The notes under the pieces are model-generated. The model made no database searches, had not been told where the DNA came from, and saw nothing but the letters and a program-made list of their open reading frames with translations. A stretch of DNA of 64,000 bases from the NCBI GenBank assembly GCA_028819345.1, contig JAPPLW010000099.1, positions 97,333-161,332 on the forward strand, in the 5' to 3' direction. This document shows positions 1-10,036 of this stretch, one piece after another (positions within the stretch are counted from its first letter, which is position 1; each line of letters begins with the position of its first letter). Position numbers and translations under genes: made by a program. This stretch comes from a bacterium. Lineage in GTDB: Bacteria; Actinomycetota; Acidimicrobiia; Spongiisociales; ZC4RG35.

Positions 1-116
1 GGATCCGGCTCGGGTTGGGCGGAAGAGCGGGGACGGACGCGACGAACCAGGCGAACCGACAAGATGATGAGGCCTGCCAACGCCAGCAGGAGCACGGCAT
101 AACCGAACAGTCCCAG
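1..116 (-). CDS. 5' end of a membrane-anchored protein running off the window edge (probable CTG start)
   Basis: Minus strand reads AGGGAG-taatt-CTG, then LGLFGYAVLLLALAGLIILSVRLVRRVRPRSSAQPEPD (TM helix plus basic stop-transfer), open to the window edge. Confidence 0.4.
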   Translation of the reverse strand, partial: MGLFGYAVLLLALAGLIILSVRLVRRVRPRSSAQPEPD

Positions 117-157
117 AATTACTCCCTAGTTCTCGGCCTCTCCATTGTAGGGAGATC

Positions 158-433
158 TCAGGAGGCTACCGCCGTCCTCCTCGACCGCTCGTGCCGGACC
201 CGGCGACGCTCTCGCTCCGACAACCCTCCCCAGATTCCAAAACGCTCGCCGTTGTCCAGCGCGAAGTCCAGACATTCGATCTTCACCTCGCACATCCCAC
301 AGATCGCCTTGGCCTTGCGGGTGGAGGATCCCCGTTCGGGAAAGAACAAGTCGGTATCCGCTCCCAGGCAGTTGGCATAGTTTTGCCAGCCCAACTGATC
401 GTTGGCCATCGCATCTATCAAGCTCCGTCGCAT
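158..433 (-). CDS. whiB: WhiB-family Fe-S transcriptional regulator (WhiB2/WhiB-like)
   Basis: WQNYANC...DLFFPERG...AKAICGMCEVKIECL...FGIWGGLSERERR: four Cys plus the GIWGG turn; alternative start at 409. Confidence 0.95.
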   Translation of the reverse strand: MRRSLIDAMANDQLGWQNYANCLGADTDLFFPERGSSTRKAKAICGMCEVKIECLDFALDNGERFGIWGGLSERERRRVRHERSRRTAVAS

Positions 434-476
434 CTTTCGTCCTTATCTACAAACCAGGCCGCCCGCCGCCCGGTCC

Positions 477-495
477 TTACATCGATGTAATTACA
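477..495. promoter_or_regulatory. Palindromic putative operator in the whiB 5' leader
   Basis: Perfect palindrome TTACATCGATGTAA (477-490) overlapping a second palindrome TGTAATTACA (486-495), just downstream of the predicted TSS. Confidence 0.5.
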
Positions 496-503
496 ATCAT
501 GCG

Positions 504-532
504 ACTATAGACAGGGCGCGGGACATTGTCAA
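504..532 (-). promoter_or_regulatory. sigma70/SigA-type promoter for whiB
   Basis: Minus strand TTGACA (532-527), 17-nt spacer, TATAGT (509-504). Confidence 0.7.
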
Positions 533-606
533 ATGAGATGGAGGCTGTGGCTCACTGTCTCCGGAACGTTTACAATCTTTGGGCAGTCGATGCCTGAACG
601 AGTTCC

Positions 607-1326
607 GTGACGCCCGCCTCCGTTTCAACCTCTCGACGCCGTCCCTGGCCGATGGAGTTCTACCGCTCGGCCGTCGGTAAGAAGTGGGTCATGGGCGTCA
701 CCGGCATCGCTCTCCTGGGGTTCGTGCTGGCCCACATGATCGGCAACCTCAAGGTCTATCTGGGTGAAGGGCAGTTGGATTCATACGCCCACTTCCTCAG
801 GGAGTTGCTTTACCCGCTACTCCCCAAGACCGTCACGCTTTGGCTGATGCGGACCGGCCTGGTGATCGCATTCCTCCTTCACATCCACGCAGCGGCCAGT
901 CTCACCTTGCTGAACCGACGGGCCAACACCGCCTACCGGGGTCCCCGCGACCTGGCGGTGGCGAGCTACGCCTCCCGAACCATGCGATGGAGCGGCGTGA
1001 TCGTGGCCGTCTTCCTGCTGTGGCATCTCGCCGATCTGACCTGGGGAGTGACTCCCATGGCGCCTGAGGGATGGACGGCCGGGGCGGTGGAGGCCAACCT
1101 GGCCGCCTCCCTGTCCCGGGGAGGGGTAGCAGTCCTGTACATCGTGGCCAATCTGCTGCTGGGCATCCACATCTACCACGGCGCATGGTCTCTCTTCCAA
1201 AGTCTGGGATTGGCCCATCCCTCCTACAACCGCTGGCGACGCTGGTTCGCGCAGGCCTTTTCCGCGGTGATCGTGATAGGCAACGTCAGCATACCGATCG
1301 CGGTCTGGACCGGGTGGGTGGGATGA
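607..1326 (+). CDS. sdhC: Succinate dehydrogenase/fumarate reductase cytochrome b subunit
   Basis: [13 protein letters not shown]...HMIGNLK, five TM helices with heme-ligand His residues, first gene of sdhCAB. Confidence 0.93.
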   Translation: MTPASVSTSRRRPWPMEFYRSAVGKKWVMGVTGIALLGFVLAHMIGNLKVYLGEGQLDSYAHFLRELLYPLLPKTVTLWLMRTGLVIAFLLHIHAAASLTLLNRRANTAYRGPRDLAVASYASRTMRWSGVIVAVFLLWHLADLTWGVTPMAPEGWTAGAVEANLAASLSRGGVAVLYIVANLLLGIHIYHGAWSLFQSLGLAHPSYNRWRRWFAQAFSAVIVIGNVSIPIAVWTGWVG

Positions 1327-3248
1327 GTACGGTCCGGTTGGATGCGAAGACCCCACCAGGGCCCCTCGCCGACGCGTGGGACAATCACCGCTTCTCCCTC
1401 AAGCTGGTCAACCCCGCCAACAAGCGGCATTTCAAGATCATCGTGATCGGAACCGGCCTGGCGGGCGCCTCGGCCGCCGCCACCTTGGCCGAACTCGGCT
1501 ACCAGGTCGACGCCTTCACCTTTCATGACACCCCCCGCCGGGCCCACTCCATCGCCGCCCAGGGCGGCATCAACGCCGCCAAGAACTATCGAAACGACGG
1601 AGACTCGGTGGACCGGCTCTTCTACGACACCATCAAGGGCGGAGACTTCCGCTCCCGGGAAGCCAATGTCTACCGGTTGGCGCAACTCTCACTCAACATC
1701 ATCGACCAGGCCACGGCTCAGGGTGTCCCCTTCGCCCGGGAGTACGGCGGGCTCCTGGACAACCGCTCCTTCGGTGGCGCCCAGGTGGCTCGCACGTTCT
1801 ACTCCCGGGGTCAAACCGGCCAGCAACTGCTGCTGGGCGCCTACCAGGCCATGGCGCGACAGGTGGGACTGGGCACCGTCAAGCTGTGGGTGCGCACCGA
1901 GTTCATGGACGTGGTCCTGAAGGAAGGGCGGGCCGTCGGCGTTGTGGTAAGAGACCTCCTCACCGGGGAGATCACCTCTCACTCGGCTCATGCGGTGGTC
2001 CTGTGCACCGGCGGTTACTCCAATGTCTATTACTTATCCACCAATGCAATGACCTGCAACGCCACGGCGATATGGCGGGCACACCGTCGGGGAGCAGCCT
2101 TCGCCAATCCGTGCTTCACCCAGATCCATCCCACCTGCATACCGGCTGCCGAGGACTTCCAGTCCAAGTTGACCTTGATGTCTGAGTCCCTGCGTAACGA
2201 CGGACGGGTCTGGGTCCCCGCCTCCCCCGATGACGATCGGCCGCCCCGACAGATCCCGGAGAGTGATCGGGACTATTACTTGGAGAGGGTCTACCCGGCA
2301 TTCGGAAACCTGGTTCCCAGAGACGTCGCTTCCCGGGCCGCCAAGCGCATGGTCGACGCAGGCCATGGGGTGGGAGCAAGGAAAAACGGCGTTTACCTGG
2401 ACTTTCAGGATGCGATCGCCCGGCTCGGCCGCGAAGCCGTCGCCGCTCGCTACGACAACCTGATGGAGATGTACAACCGGATCACCGATGAGGATCCCTA
2501 TCAGGATCCGATGCGGATTTACCCCGCTCCCCACTACACCATGGGTGGGTTGTGGGTGGATTACAACCTGATGACCACCATCCCCGGGTTGTACGCCCTG
2601 GGTGAAGCCAACTTCTCGGACCACGGCGCCAACCGGTTGGGGGCCTCCGCCCTCATGCAGGGACTGGCCGACGGCTACTTCGTGCTCCCCTACACCATCG
2701 GCGACTATGTGGCGGAATTCCTGAATGAATCCCCGGTTCCTACGACCGACGAGGCATTTGCCCAAACCGAAGCCGAACTCCGGGAGCGGATCTCCGGATT
2801 GCTTTCGATGAATGGCAACCGCACGGTGGACGACTTTCACCGTCAACTGGGCAGGGTGGTATGGGACGAGTGCGGAATGTCCCGAAGCGAGGAGGGCTTG
2901 GACCGGGCCTTGACCTACCTGCCTGATCTCTACGAGGAGTTCCGGAGTGACGCCCGGGTCCCCGGTGATGGGGAAAGCCTCAACCAGACGCTCGAGAAAG
3001 CCGCCCGGCTGGAGGACTTCTTCGAGTTGGCGATGGCTATGTGCGTGGACGCCCGGCACCGGGAAGAGTCGTGCGGCGGACATTTCCGGGTGGAGCACCA
3101 GACTCCTCAAGGCGAAGCGGTCCGTGACGATGAGCAGTTCACGATGGTGTCGGCGTGGTTCTGGACAGGCGACCCCACCCGGCCCTTGTTGCAGGAAGAG
3201 CCACTGGCGTTCGAAAACGTGCAGCTAACCACCCGGAGCTACAAATGA
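1323..3248 (+). CDS. sdhA: Succinate dehydrogenase/fumarate reductase flavoprotein subunit
   Basis: GTGLAG FAD motif, [45 protein letters not shown]-like motif; ATG at 1323 overlaps the sdhC stop. Confidence 0.96.
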   Translation: MSTVRLDAKTPPGPLADAWDNHRFSLKLVNPANKRHFKIIVIGTGLAGASAAATLAELGYQVDAFTFHDTPRRAHSIAAQGGINAAKNYRNDGDSVDRLFYDTIKGGDFRSREANVYRLAQLSLNIIDQATAQGVPFAREYGGLLDNRSFGGAQVARTFYSRGQTGQQLLLGAYQAMARQVGLGTVKLWVRTEFMDVVLKEGRAVGVVVRDLLTGEITSHSAHAVVLCTGGYSNVYYLSTNAMTCNATAIWRAHRRGAAFANPCFTQIHPTCIPAAEDFQSKLTLMSESLRNDGRVWVPASPDDDRPPRQIPESDRDYYLERVYPAFGNLVPRDVASRAAKRMVDAGHGVGARKNGVYLDFQDAIARLGREAVAARYDNLMEMYNRITDEDPYQDPMRIYPAPHYTMGGLWVDYNLMTTIPGLYALGEANFSDHGANRLGASALMQGLADGYFVLPYTIGDYVAEFLNESPVPTTDEAFAQTEAELRERISGLLSMNGNRTVDDFHRQLGRVVWDECGMSRSEEGLDRALTYLPDLYEEFRSDARVPGDGESLNQTLEKAARLEDFFELAMAMCVDARHREESCGGHFRVEHQTPQGEAVRDDEQFTMVSAWFWTGDPTRPLLQEEPLAFENVQLTTRSYK

Positions 3249-3997
3249 ACATCACCCTGAGGGCATGGCGCCAGGCAGGCCCGTCGGACGAAGGCGGATT
3301 CGAGACCTACCAGGTTTCCGACGTGTCCTCGGACATGTCGTTCCTGGAGATGCTGGACGTGTTGAACGAACGACTCACACTGGAGGGGCTGGAGCCCATC
3401 GCCTTCGACTCGGACTGCAGGGAAGGGATTTGCGGCGCCTGCGGGGTGATGATCAACGGTCGGGCTCATGGACCGCAGGCGGCCACAGCCACCTGCCAAC
3501 TCCACATGAGGAGCTTCGAAGACGGCGACACCATCACCGTCGAACCCTGGCGGGCGGCGGCCTTCGCAGTCATTCGCGATCTGGTGGTCGACCGATCCGC
3601 TTTCGACCGGATCATCGAAGCTGGCGGCTTCATCACGGTCGCCACCGGTTCCGCCCCGGAAGCCAACCTGACCCCGGTCCCCAAGGAGACGGCCGAGACC
3701 GCTTTCGACGCCGCGGCGTGCATCGGGTGCGGGGCATGTGTGGCGGCCTGTCCCAACTCCGCCGCACAGCTGTTCACCGCCGCCAAGGCCTCCCACCTCA
3801 GTCTCCTTCCCCAGGGTGGTGCGGAACGGTACGTCCGGACCGAGCGCATGGTGGACACCATGGAGCGGTTCTTCGGATCGTGCACCAACCACGGAGAATG
3901 CGAAGCCGCCTGCCCCAAACAGATTTCCATCGACTTCATAGCCATGATGAACCGCGACTACGTCAAGGCCAAGGTCAAGAACCGCGGAAACGCCTGA
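3245..3997 (+). CDS. sdhB: Succinate dehydrogenase/fumarate reductase Fe-S subunit
   Basis: [10 protein letters not shown] (2Fe-2S), [24 protein letters not shown]; ATGA overlap with sdhA. Confidence 0.96.
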   Translation: MNITLRAWRQAGPSDEGGFETYQVSDVSSDMSFLEMLDVLNERLTLEGLEPIAFDSDCREGICGACGVMINGRAHGPQAATATCQLHMRSFEDGDTITVEPWRAAAFAVIRDLVVDRSAFDRIIEAGGFITVATGSAPEANLTPVPKETAETAFDAAACIGCGACVAACPNSAAQLFTAAKASHLSLLPQGGAERYVRTERMVDTMERFFGSCTNHGECEAACPKQISIDFIAMMNRDYVKAKVKNRGNA

Positions 3998-4005
3998 CGA
4001 AGACC

Positions 4006-4914
4006 GTGACTGCTCAGGAAGCCATGTGGGAGATCCCCGAACCCTCCGCCACACGCCAGGCGGTGATGGGAGACGGCACCGAGATTGCGTTGCGCCGTCA
4101 TGGGAACCCGGATGGACCCAGGTTGGTTCTGACTCACGGCAACGGCCTGGCCATCGATCTCTACTACCCCTTCTGGTCTCTGCTGGCTGACGATTACGAC
4201 GTGATTGTCTACGACCTCAGAGACCATGGTTGGAACGAGGTCAGCCCTCTCGAAACGCACAACATGCCCACCTTCGTGGATGACCATGATCGCATAATGG
4301 AAGCCATCGACCAGCACTTCGGCGACAAGCCGAAGATTGGCGTATTCCATTCGATCTCGGCCTTGATCTCGCTGCTGTCGCCCACCAGGGGAAGCGGATT
4401 CGTCGGGCGCTTCTTGTTCGATCCCCCCCTCTGCAAGCCGGGGAGAAGTTACCAGCAGATGGAGGAGGCCGCCACCCGCACCGCTACGCTCACCCGGCGG
4501 CGCGCGGAGCGGTTTTCCACCCTGGAGGACTTCTCGTTTCTCCTTGGATTCGTTCCGTTATTCTCTCGCGTCGTCCCTGGCGTGCTCGACCTGATGGCCA
4601 GGACGACCCTCCGTGAAAGCGAAGGTCGGCAGGGGTACGAATTGAGGTGTCCCAAGGAATACGAGGCTCGGATCGTCGAGTACGCAGGCGTCTTCTCGGT
4701 GATGGTTGACTTCGACACCCTGGCGTCGCCCACCAAGGTCATGGGCGCAGATCCCACGCTTCCCTTCTCCTACCTCCCCACTCTCGATCTGAGTGACATC
4801 CTGACCGTCGACTACGACTTCCTACCCGAAGCCACCCACTTCCTTCAACTTGAAGAACCTGAGGAATGCGCCGCGGCGCTGCGGGAGTTCATCGACGACA
4901 TCCTGGAAGGCTGA
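4006..4914 (+). CDS. Alpha/beta hydrolase (Sup-PKS-associated type), paralog of 10037-10948
   Basis: LTHGNGLAIDLY oxyanion loop, YDLRDHG, GVFHSISA nucleophile elbow, EATHFLQLEEP catalytic His; start uncertain (CTG 3994, GTG 4006 or ATG 4024). Confidence 0.85.
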   Translation: MTAQEAMWEIPEPSATRQAVMGDGTEIALRRHGNPDGPRLVLTHGNGLAIDLYYPFWSLLADDYDVIVYDLRDHGWNEVSPLETHNMPTFVDDHDRIMEAIDQHFGDKPKIGVFHSISALISLLSPTRGSGFVGRFLFDPPLCKPGRSYQQMEEAATRTATLTRRRAERFSTLEDFSFLLGFVPLFSRVVPGVLDLMARTTLRESEGRQGYELRCPKEYEARIVEYAGVFSVMVDFDTLASPTKVMGADPTLPFSYLPTLDLSDILTVDYDFLPEATHFLQLEEPEECAAALREFIDDILEG

Positions 4915-4955
4915 CACCTCGCTCGATCAGCGGATCAGGGGAACCGGGACTTTTC

Positions 4956-7931
4956 TCAGGAACCCTCCACTCTCACGGTGATGATGTCCATCCCGTGATA
5001 CTTCTGGTGCCGGAAATCGGAGGCATAGTGGCGCAGGAGCCGAAAGGAGATCTCCCTCTCGTCCCATGTCTGAAGCTCGTCATCGAGATATGCCAACCGG
5101 TCTTGGAGGTTCTCTTCCTCCACAACCGTGACGAACTCCAGTTCAATGGCTCCCCCTTCGGGGTAGGCCAAGAGGATCAGCCGCGGCGTCTTGCCGTCCT
5201 GGTACCGGTTGGAAGGCGCCAACAGGCTGGCTAAGGCTTCTTCCCCCGCCGAACACAACCGCCGGGTTGAAGGAGCGGCCCAACCCCTTTGGCAGGCCAG
5301 GTCCTGAAGAAACCCGTCGATCAAGGAGAAAGACGATCCGTCCAGAGCCGTCCGGAGCCGTTTGGGCCGGCCACGGCTCAGCTTCAGGAACAGTGACAAT
5401 CCCACCGCGGTGACCGCGCCCAGGGTGAGGCCGTCACCCAGCAGCAGATCCCAAGGCTCCTCCAAAACACCCTCCAGAACGTTGCGCTGCAACATGCCGA
5501 CTCCCACCGCGTAGGACAGGCCCACCATCACGATGTTCTGCGGACTGAGACCGGCCTGGGAAACGGTGCGCAGACCCTCCATGATCACGGTCACGGTGGG
5601 AGGCCCGACCTCCATGCCCTCCAGAAACTCCTCCAACTCGATCAGGGCCGGTTCCACCAACGCGCTGTGAAACGCCCGCGTGGTATTGAGCCTTCTGGCC
5701 CGGACCCCCTCTGATTCAAAGTCCCTCAAGATGGCCTCGATCTCTTCTATCGGGCCGCTGACCACTTGGTGGGCGCCGTTGTCAGCAGATACGCTCAACC
5801 CCAAACCGCCTGACTCCCCGTTCCGCGCCTCGACCGCCGCCGCCACCCGCTCCGCGGATGCGAAGACCGCGGCCATTGCGCCCGGCTCTGTTCCCGACAA
5901 CAGCCTCCCTCGCGCCGCGGCTAACCGCATCCCGTCTTCCAGGCTGAACACCCCCGCGGCCTGCGACGCCGCCAACTCCCCGACGCTGTGCCCCATCACC
6001 ACGCTGGGGTGAATGCCGACACTCGACCAAAGCGCGGTCAAGGCGCACTCCAACGCATAGAGCGCAGGCTGCTCCCAAGCCGTGTCGCCCAGGTCTCCCG
6101 CCGCTCCCTCTCGACCGAACATGACGTCCAGCAGAGATGCGCCCGTCTCGGATTCGAACACCTCCTCGCAGCGGTCGAGAACCGCCCTTGCCACCGGCTC
6201 GGTCTCGTAGAGGTCCCGTCCCATACCCACCCACTGGCTTCCCTGCCCGGTATAGACAAACCCAACCTTGCCCGGGTTCAGCGCCTCGTTTCCCGCGCCG
6301 GCCTGCGAGAGTCCTCCCAACTGCTCCCGCAGGGAGTCGACGTCCCCGAACACAATGCCTGCCCTGTGGGCGAAATGACTCCGCCCGACACCCGCCGTCC
6401 AGGACATATCCGAAAGGACCGGGTCGAGGCCGGCGTCCCGGAGGTCAGCCTCGGCGGCCCGATCGTCCAGCCAAGCCAGGTAACGCTCGGCAAGTTCCCG
6501 GAAGGCGCGGTCCGACTTGGCGGACAACGGGAGAAGACGGGTCCGGCGGGGCCGGGAGATCCCCACAGTCCCGGGAGCGGCTGCCGGCAAGTGTTCTCCG
6601 AGTTCATCATCCTCGCTGGGGGGATACTCTTCCACCACGATGTGGGCGTTGGTGCCGGATATCCCGAACGAGTTCACGCCCGCCAGTCGAGGGCGCTTGG
6701 GGCCGGACGGCCAGTCCATCATGGTCGAGGTCACCTGAAGAGGCAGTCGTTCCCAGTCGATGCTGGGGCTTGGATTGCGGAAGTGGAGATGCTTGGGGAT
6801 CACCCCCTGGTTCACCACCAGGGCCGCCTTGATCAGCCCGGCGATTCCGGCAGCCGATTCCAGATGGCCGATGTTGGTTTTCACCGAACCGATGAGGAGG
6901 GGACGGTCGGCTTGGCGGCCGGGACCGAAGACGTTCCCCACGGCATTGATCTCGATGGGATCGCCCACGGCGGTTCCGGTCCCGTGCGCCTCCAGGTAAT
7001 CAATCTCGGAAGGCGTCACTCCCGCCTCGGAGATAGCGGTCTCCATCACCTGCTCCAGTGACGGCGTATTCGGGACGGTCAACCCGGTGCTGGCCCCGCC
7101 GTGGTTCACCGCCGCTCCGCGGATGACGGCCCAGATGCGGTCTCCATCGGCCTCGGCCTCCCTCAACCTCTTCAGGACGACTACCCCGCACCCCTCACCC
7201 CGCACATACCCGTTGGCGGAGGCATCGAATGCCTTGCACTGCCCATCGGGGGAAAGCATCATCGCATCCGCCCGCAACTCATAGATCCGAGTGTTCAAGA
7301 TGGCCTGGACCCCGCCCACAATGGCCAGATCGGCCTTGCCCTGCTGGAGGTCCGCCACCCCGTCATGCACCGCCACCAGGGACGAGGCGCAGGCGGCGTC
7401 GACGGCTTTCGCAGGCCCGACCAGACCTAGGACGAAAGAGACCCGTCCGCTGGCGCCGTTGAGGTTTGTGCCGCTCAGAGCGTACAGGGAACCGGCCGCC
7501 TCGGCGGGCTTGTCCGATTCAACAACCAGCATCCGGTACTCGTCATTGCTGATCCCCGTGTACACGCCCGTTCGGGTGCCTCTCAGCCTTTCCGGGTCGA
7601 TACAGGCATCCTCCAATGCCTGCCAGCCCACCTCCAGCATCATGCGTTGCTGCGGGTCCAGGAGTTGTGCTTCCACCGGGGAGATGCGGAAGAAGGCTGC
7701 GTCGAATTGCTCAATCCCGTCCACGAACGCGCCGAATCGGCATGCCTCGTTCCGGGCGGAGGGATCAGCGAAGAGATCACCCAGACGGTCTCCACCGGAA
7801 CCGGGAAGGCCCTCGGTCACGGTGTTCTTGCCCTCTAAGAGAAGTTGCCAGAAGGCGTCCAAGTCGTCCGCGCCGGGGAATTTGCAGGCCATTCCGACAA
7901 TGGCTATCGGCTCTGCGGCCTGTCCTCTCAT
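4956..7931 (-). CDS. Chimeric ORF: Sup-type type I PKS KS plus truncated AT, fused to a permease C-terminus with an RsbW/GHKL-like tail (probable deletion remnant)
   Basis: EPIAIVGMACKFPGA, DPQQR, VDAACASSL (Cys), EAHGTGT, KTNIGHLE; AT motifs GQGSQW, GHSVG, RAFHS; after PPTVTV the sequence switches to hydrophobic helices; no DH/KR/ACP/TE. Confidence 0.85.
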   Translation of the reverse strand: MRGQAAEPIAIVGMACKFPGADDLDAFWQLLLEGKNTVTEGLPGSGGDRLGDLFADPSARNEACRFGAFVDGIEQFDAAFFRISPVEAQLLDPQQRMMLEVGWQALEDACIDPERLRGTRTGVYTGISNDEYRMLVVESDKPAEAAGSLYALSGTNLNGASGRVSFVLGLVGPAKAVDAACASSLVAVHDGVADLQQGKADLAIVGGVQAILNTRIYELRADAMMLSPDGQCKAFDASANGYVRGEGCGVVVLKRLREAEADGDRIWAVIRGAAVNHGGASTGLTVPNTPSLEQVMETAISEAGVTPSEIDYLEAHGTGTAVGDPIEINAVGNVFGPGRQADRPLLIGSVKTNIGHLESAAGIAGLIKAALVVNQGVIPKHLHFRNPSPSIDWERLPLQVTSTMMDWPSGPKRPRLAGVNSFGISGTNAHIVVEEYPPSEDDELGEHLPAAAPGTVGISRPRRTRLLPLSAKSDRAFRELAERYLAWLDDRAAEADLRDAGLDPVLSDMSWTAGVGRSHFAHRAGIVFGDVDSLREQLGGLSQAGAGNEALNPGKVGFVYTGQGSQWVGMGRDLYETEPVARAVLDRCEEVFESETGASLLDVMFGREGAAGDLGDTAWEQPALYALECALTALWSSVGIHPSVVMGHSVGELAASQAAGVFSLEDGMRLAAARGRLLSGTEPGAMAAVFASAERVAAAVEARNGESGGLGLSVSADNGAHQVVSGPIEEIEAILRDFESEGVRARRLNTTRAFHSALVEPALIELEEFLEGMEVGPPTVTVIMEGLRTVSQAGLSPQNIVMVGLSYAVGVGMLQRNVLEGVLEEPWDLLLGDGLTLGAVTAVGLSLFLKLSRGRPKRLRTALDGSSFSLIDGFLQDLACQRGWAAPSTRRLCSAGEEALASLLAPSNRYQDGKTPRLILLAYPEGGAIELEFVTVVEEENLQDRLAYLDDELQTWDEREISFRLLRHYASDFRHQKYHGMDIITVRVEGS

Positions 7932-8057
7932 CGCCTCACGCTGCCAGTCCCCCTATGACGATCTCTCCCGGAACCTTCACGGTCTCCGAATGCATTCATG
8001 GCACACACATTTTAGCTATTCGGCCACAGAGATGGCTTGGACCTGCTTCTCGGTCGG

Positions 8058-9041
8058 TTACCGAGTGATGAGGGCGCGGAGTTCGGGCAGGACTTCTTTC
8101 TCCACTATTTCCAGGGTGCGGTCGGGGTTGACGGAGGCGATCTGGATGGCCACGTAGTCGGCGCCTATCTCGGTGACCAGCGGCCGGTAGACCTCGATCA
8201 GGTCCTCGGTGGTGGCGGCGAGCGTGTACTTGCCGAGAATCTCCGCTCGGTCCATGGAGTCGGCTCGCTCCCTCAGCACCATGGGGTCGACGGCCTGCAG
8301 TCGCCCGGGCGCGCGCAGGCCTCGCATGCTGCCCAGGGCTTCCCATGCCTCCGACTCGTCCCCGGCCAGAACACACCAGCGGGTGGTCATCAAAGTTCCC
8401 GGACGTCCCCACTTCTCTGCCGAGGCGCGAAAGGGTCCGATCACCCTCTCTATAGTGTCCGCCGGGTCCTTGACACTGGTGATCAGCCCATCGGACCGCC
8501 TGCCGGCAAACGTAGCCGACTGCGGACCTCCGGCAGCCATCCAGATGGGTGTCTTGCGGGGCGGGGGGCTGTACAGCTTGGCCTTGTCGGTTGTGTACCA
8601 GTCGCCTGAGAAGTCAAGCTTCTCCCCCGCCAACAAACGGTGCATGATCTCCAGGGCCTCCCGCATTCTCCTGATGCGTTCCCGGTAGTCACCGAAGCGG
8701 AAGCCCAAGGGCCCCTCGTTGATGTTCTCACCGGTACCCACACCCAACACGAACTTCCCTCCGGACAGTCGGTCCACAGTCGCCGCCGCCTGTGCCACCA
8801 GGGCGGGGTGATAGTGATAGAGAGGACAGGTCACGGAAGTGGCCAGTTCGGCGTCGGTTCGGGCCGCCACCGCCCCCAGCCAGGACCAGACGAAACCCGA
8901 AGCGCAATTGTCGTCGACCCAGGGATGGAAGTGGTCGGACCCCAGAATCATGTCAAAACCGGCTTCCTCCGCCCGCACCGCCTGGTCGACCAGGACCTCG
9001 GGCTGATAGGACTCATGGCTGCACAACCAGGCAAACTTCAA
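8058..9041 (-). CDS. F420-dependent LLM-class oxidoreductase (G6PDH-like family)
   Basis: SHESYQPEVL, SDHFHPW, SVTCP...HPALVAQAAAT, LGVGTGENINEGPLG. Confidence 0.9.
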   Translation of the reverse strand: MKFAWLCSHESYQPEVLVDQAVRAEEAGFDMILGSDHFHPWVDDNCASGFVWSWLGAVAARTDAELATSVTCPLYHYHPALVAQAAATVDRLSGGKFVLGVGTGENINEGPLGFRFGDYRERIRRMREALEIMHRLLAGEKLDFSGDWYTTDKAKLYSPPPRKTPIWMAAGGPQSATFAGRRSDGLITSVKDPADTIERVIGPFRASAEKWGRPGTLMTTRWCVLAGDESEAWEALGSMRGLRAPGRLQAVDPMVLRERADSMDRAEILGKYTLAATTEDLIEVYRPLVTEIGADYVAIQIASVNPDRTLEIVEKEVLPELRALITR

Positions 9042-9108
9042 TCTCTTGCTCCTTGAATCGATACCGGCCCAAGGCTACCGGCGGCGGAGAAGGCTATCAT
9101 CCAACGCA

Positions 9109-9969
9109 ATGAATTCACTCCCGCGGGCAATGCCGGCCATCATCACTCCCTTCAATGACGAGCAGGAACTCGATCTCGACGCTCACCGCCACAACCTGTC
9201 CTTCCTGGGCGGACTGGGATACCAGGGCTTTGTCCTGGCCGGATCCACCGGCGAAGGACCCCTTCTCGAGCCCGGAGAACGACGCCGACTTACGGCCGCC
9301 TCCCGGGAGGGCGTCGGGGACGACACCTTCCTGCTGTGCGGGATAAACGCCGAGACGAATCGCGAGGCCAGACGCCAGATCAGCGAAGCGGCCCAAGGCG
9401 GCGCCGACGCCGCGCTGGTGTTGACTCCCACCACGCTGTCCCGCAATCGCACCAATTTCGTGACTGCTTTCTTCACGGACGTGGCCGACGAATCGCCCCT
9501 CCCTGTCTTTATCTATTCGGTGCCGCTGGTGACCGCATACTCGATTCCCTTGGACGCGGTGTGGGAACTGGCCCAACACCCCAACGTGGTGGGCATGAAG
9601 GACTCCAGCGGAGACGCCATCCGCATCCAGCGGACGCTGGCGGGACTCCCGGACAACTTCGCGCTGTACAACGGATCGGCCCATTCGGTCACCCTGACGC
9701 TCGCCGCCGGGGCGCATGGCGTTATATTGGCGGCTGCCAATTACGTGCCGCGGCTGGGTCTGGAAGTAGTAGCCGCTGCACTGGAGACACCTCCGGGGGA
9801 CATGAAGAAGCAGCATCGGCTGACAGCCGCCAATGACGGGGTGGCGCGGTACGGGATTCCCGGAGTCAAGGCAGCATCCGAGATGGTGGGACTGCGGGCC
9901 GGCCGTTGTCGGGCTCCCTTGCTGCCGGTCCCCGAGGACGCCCCGGCCGGGTTCGCCCATCTGCTCTAG
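9109..9969 (+). CDS. Dihydrodipicolinate synthase-family aldolase (DapA/HOGA-like)
   Basis: AIITPF, GSTGE, YSVP, GMKDSSGD Schiff-base Lys; TATCAT -10 box 8 nt upstream of ATG 9109. Confidence 0.85.
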   Translation: MNSLPRAMPAIITPFNDEQELDLDAHRHNLSFLGGLGYQGFVLAGSTGEGPLLEPGERRRLTAASREGVGDDTFLLCGINAETNREARRQISEAAQGGADAALVLTPTTLSRNRTNFVTAFFTDVADESPLPVFIYSVPLVTAYSIPLDAVWELAQHPNVVGMKDSSGDAIRIQRTLAGLPDNFALYNGSAHSVTLTLAAGAHGVILAAANYVPRLGLEVVAAALETPPGDMKKQHRLTAANDGVARYGIPGVKAASEMVGLRAGRCRAPLLPVPEDAPAGFAHLL

Positions 9970-10036
9970 GCAAGAGCGCCGCGGGGCTTTCTGCACCCAG
10001 CGGAACCCCAGGGCAGGTAAACAGGGTCATCGGTAG

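Noticed and set aside
3265-4914. 549-aa ORF suggesting a long N-terminal extension of the hydrolase
   Set aside because: The first ~245 aa are an Arg/Gly-rich alternative frame of sdhB; the paralog at 10037 shows the real protein begins near 4006
7988-7997. 10-bp palindrome GAATGCATTC upstream of the PKS
   Set aside because: Short enough to occur by chance, and I noticed no second copy or adjacent regulator
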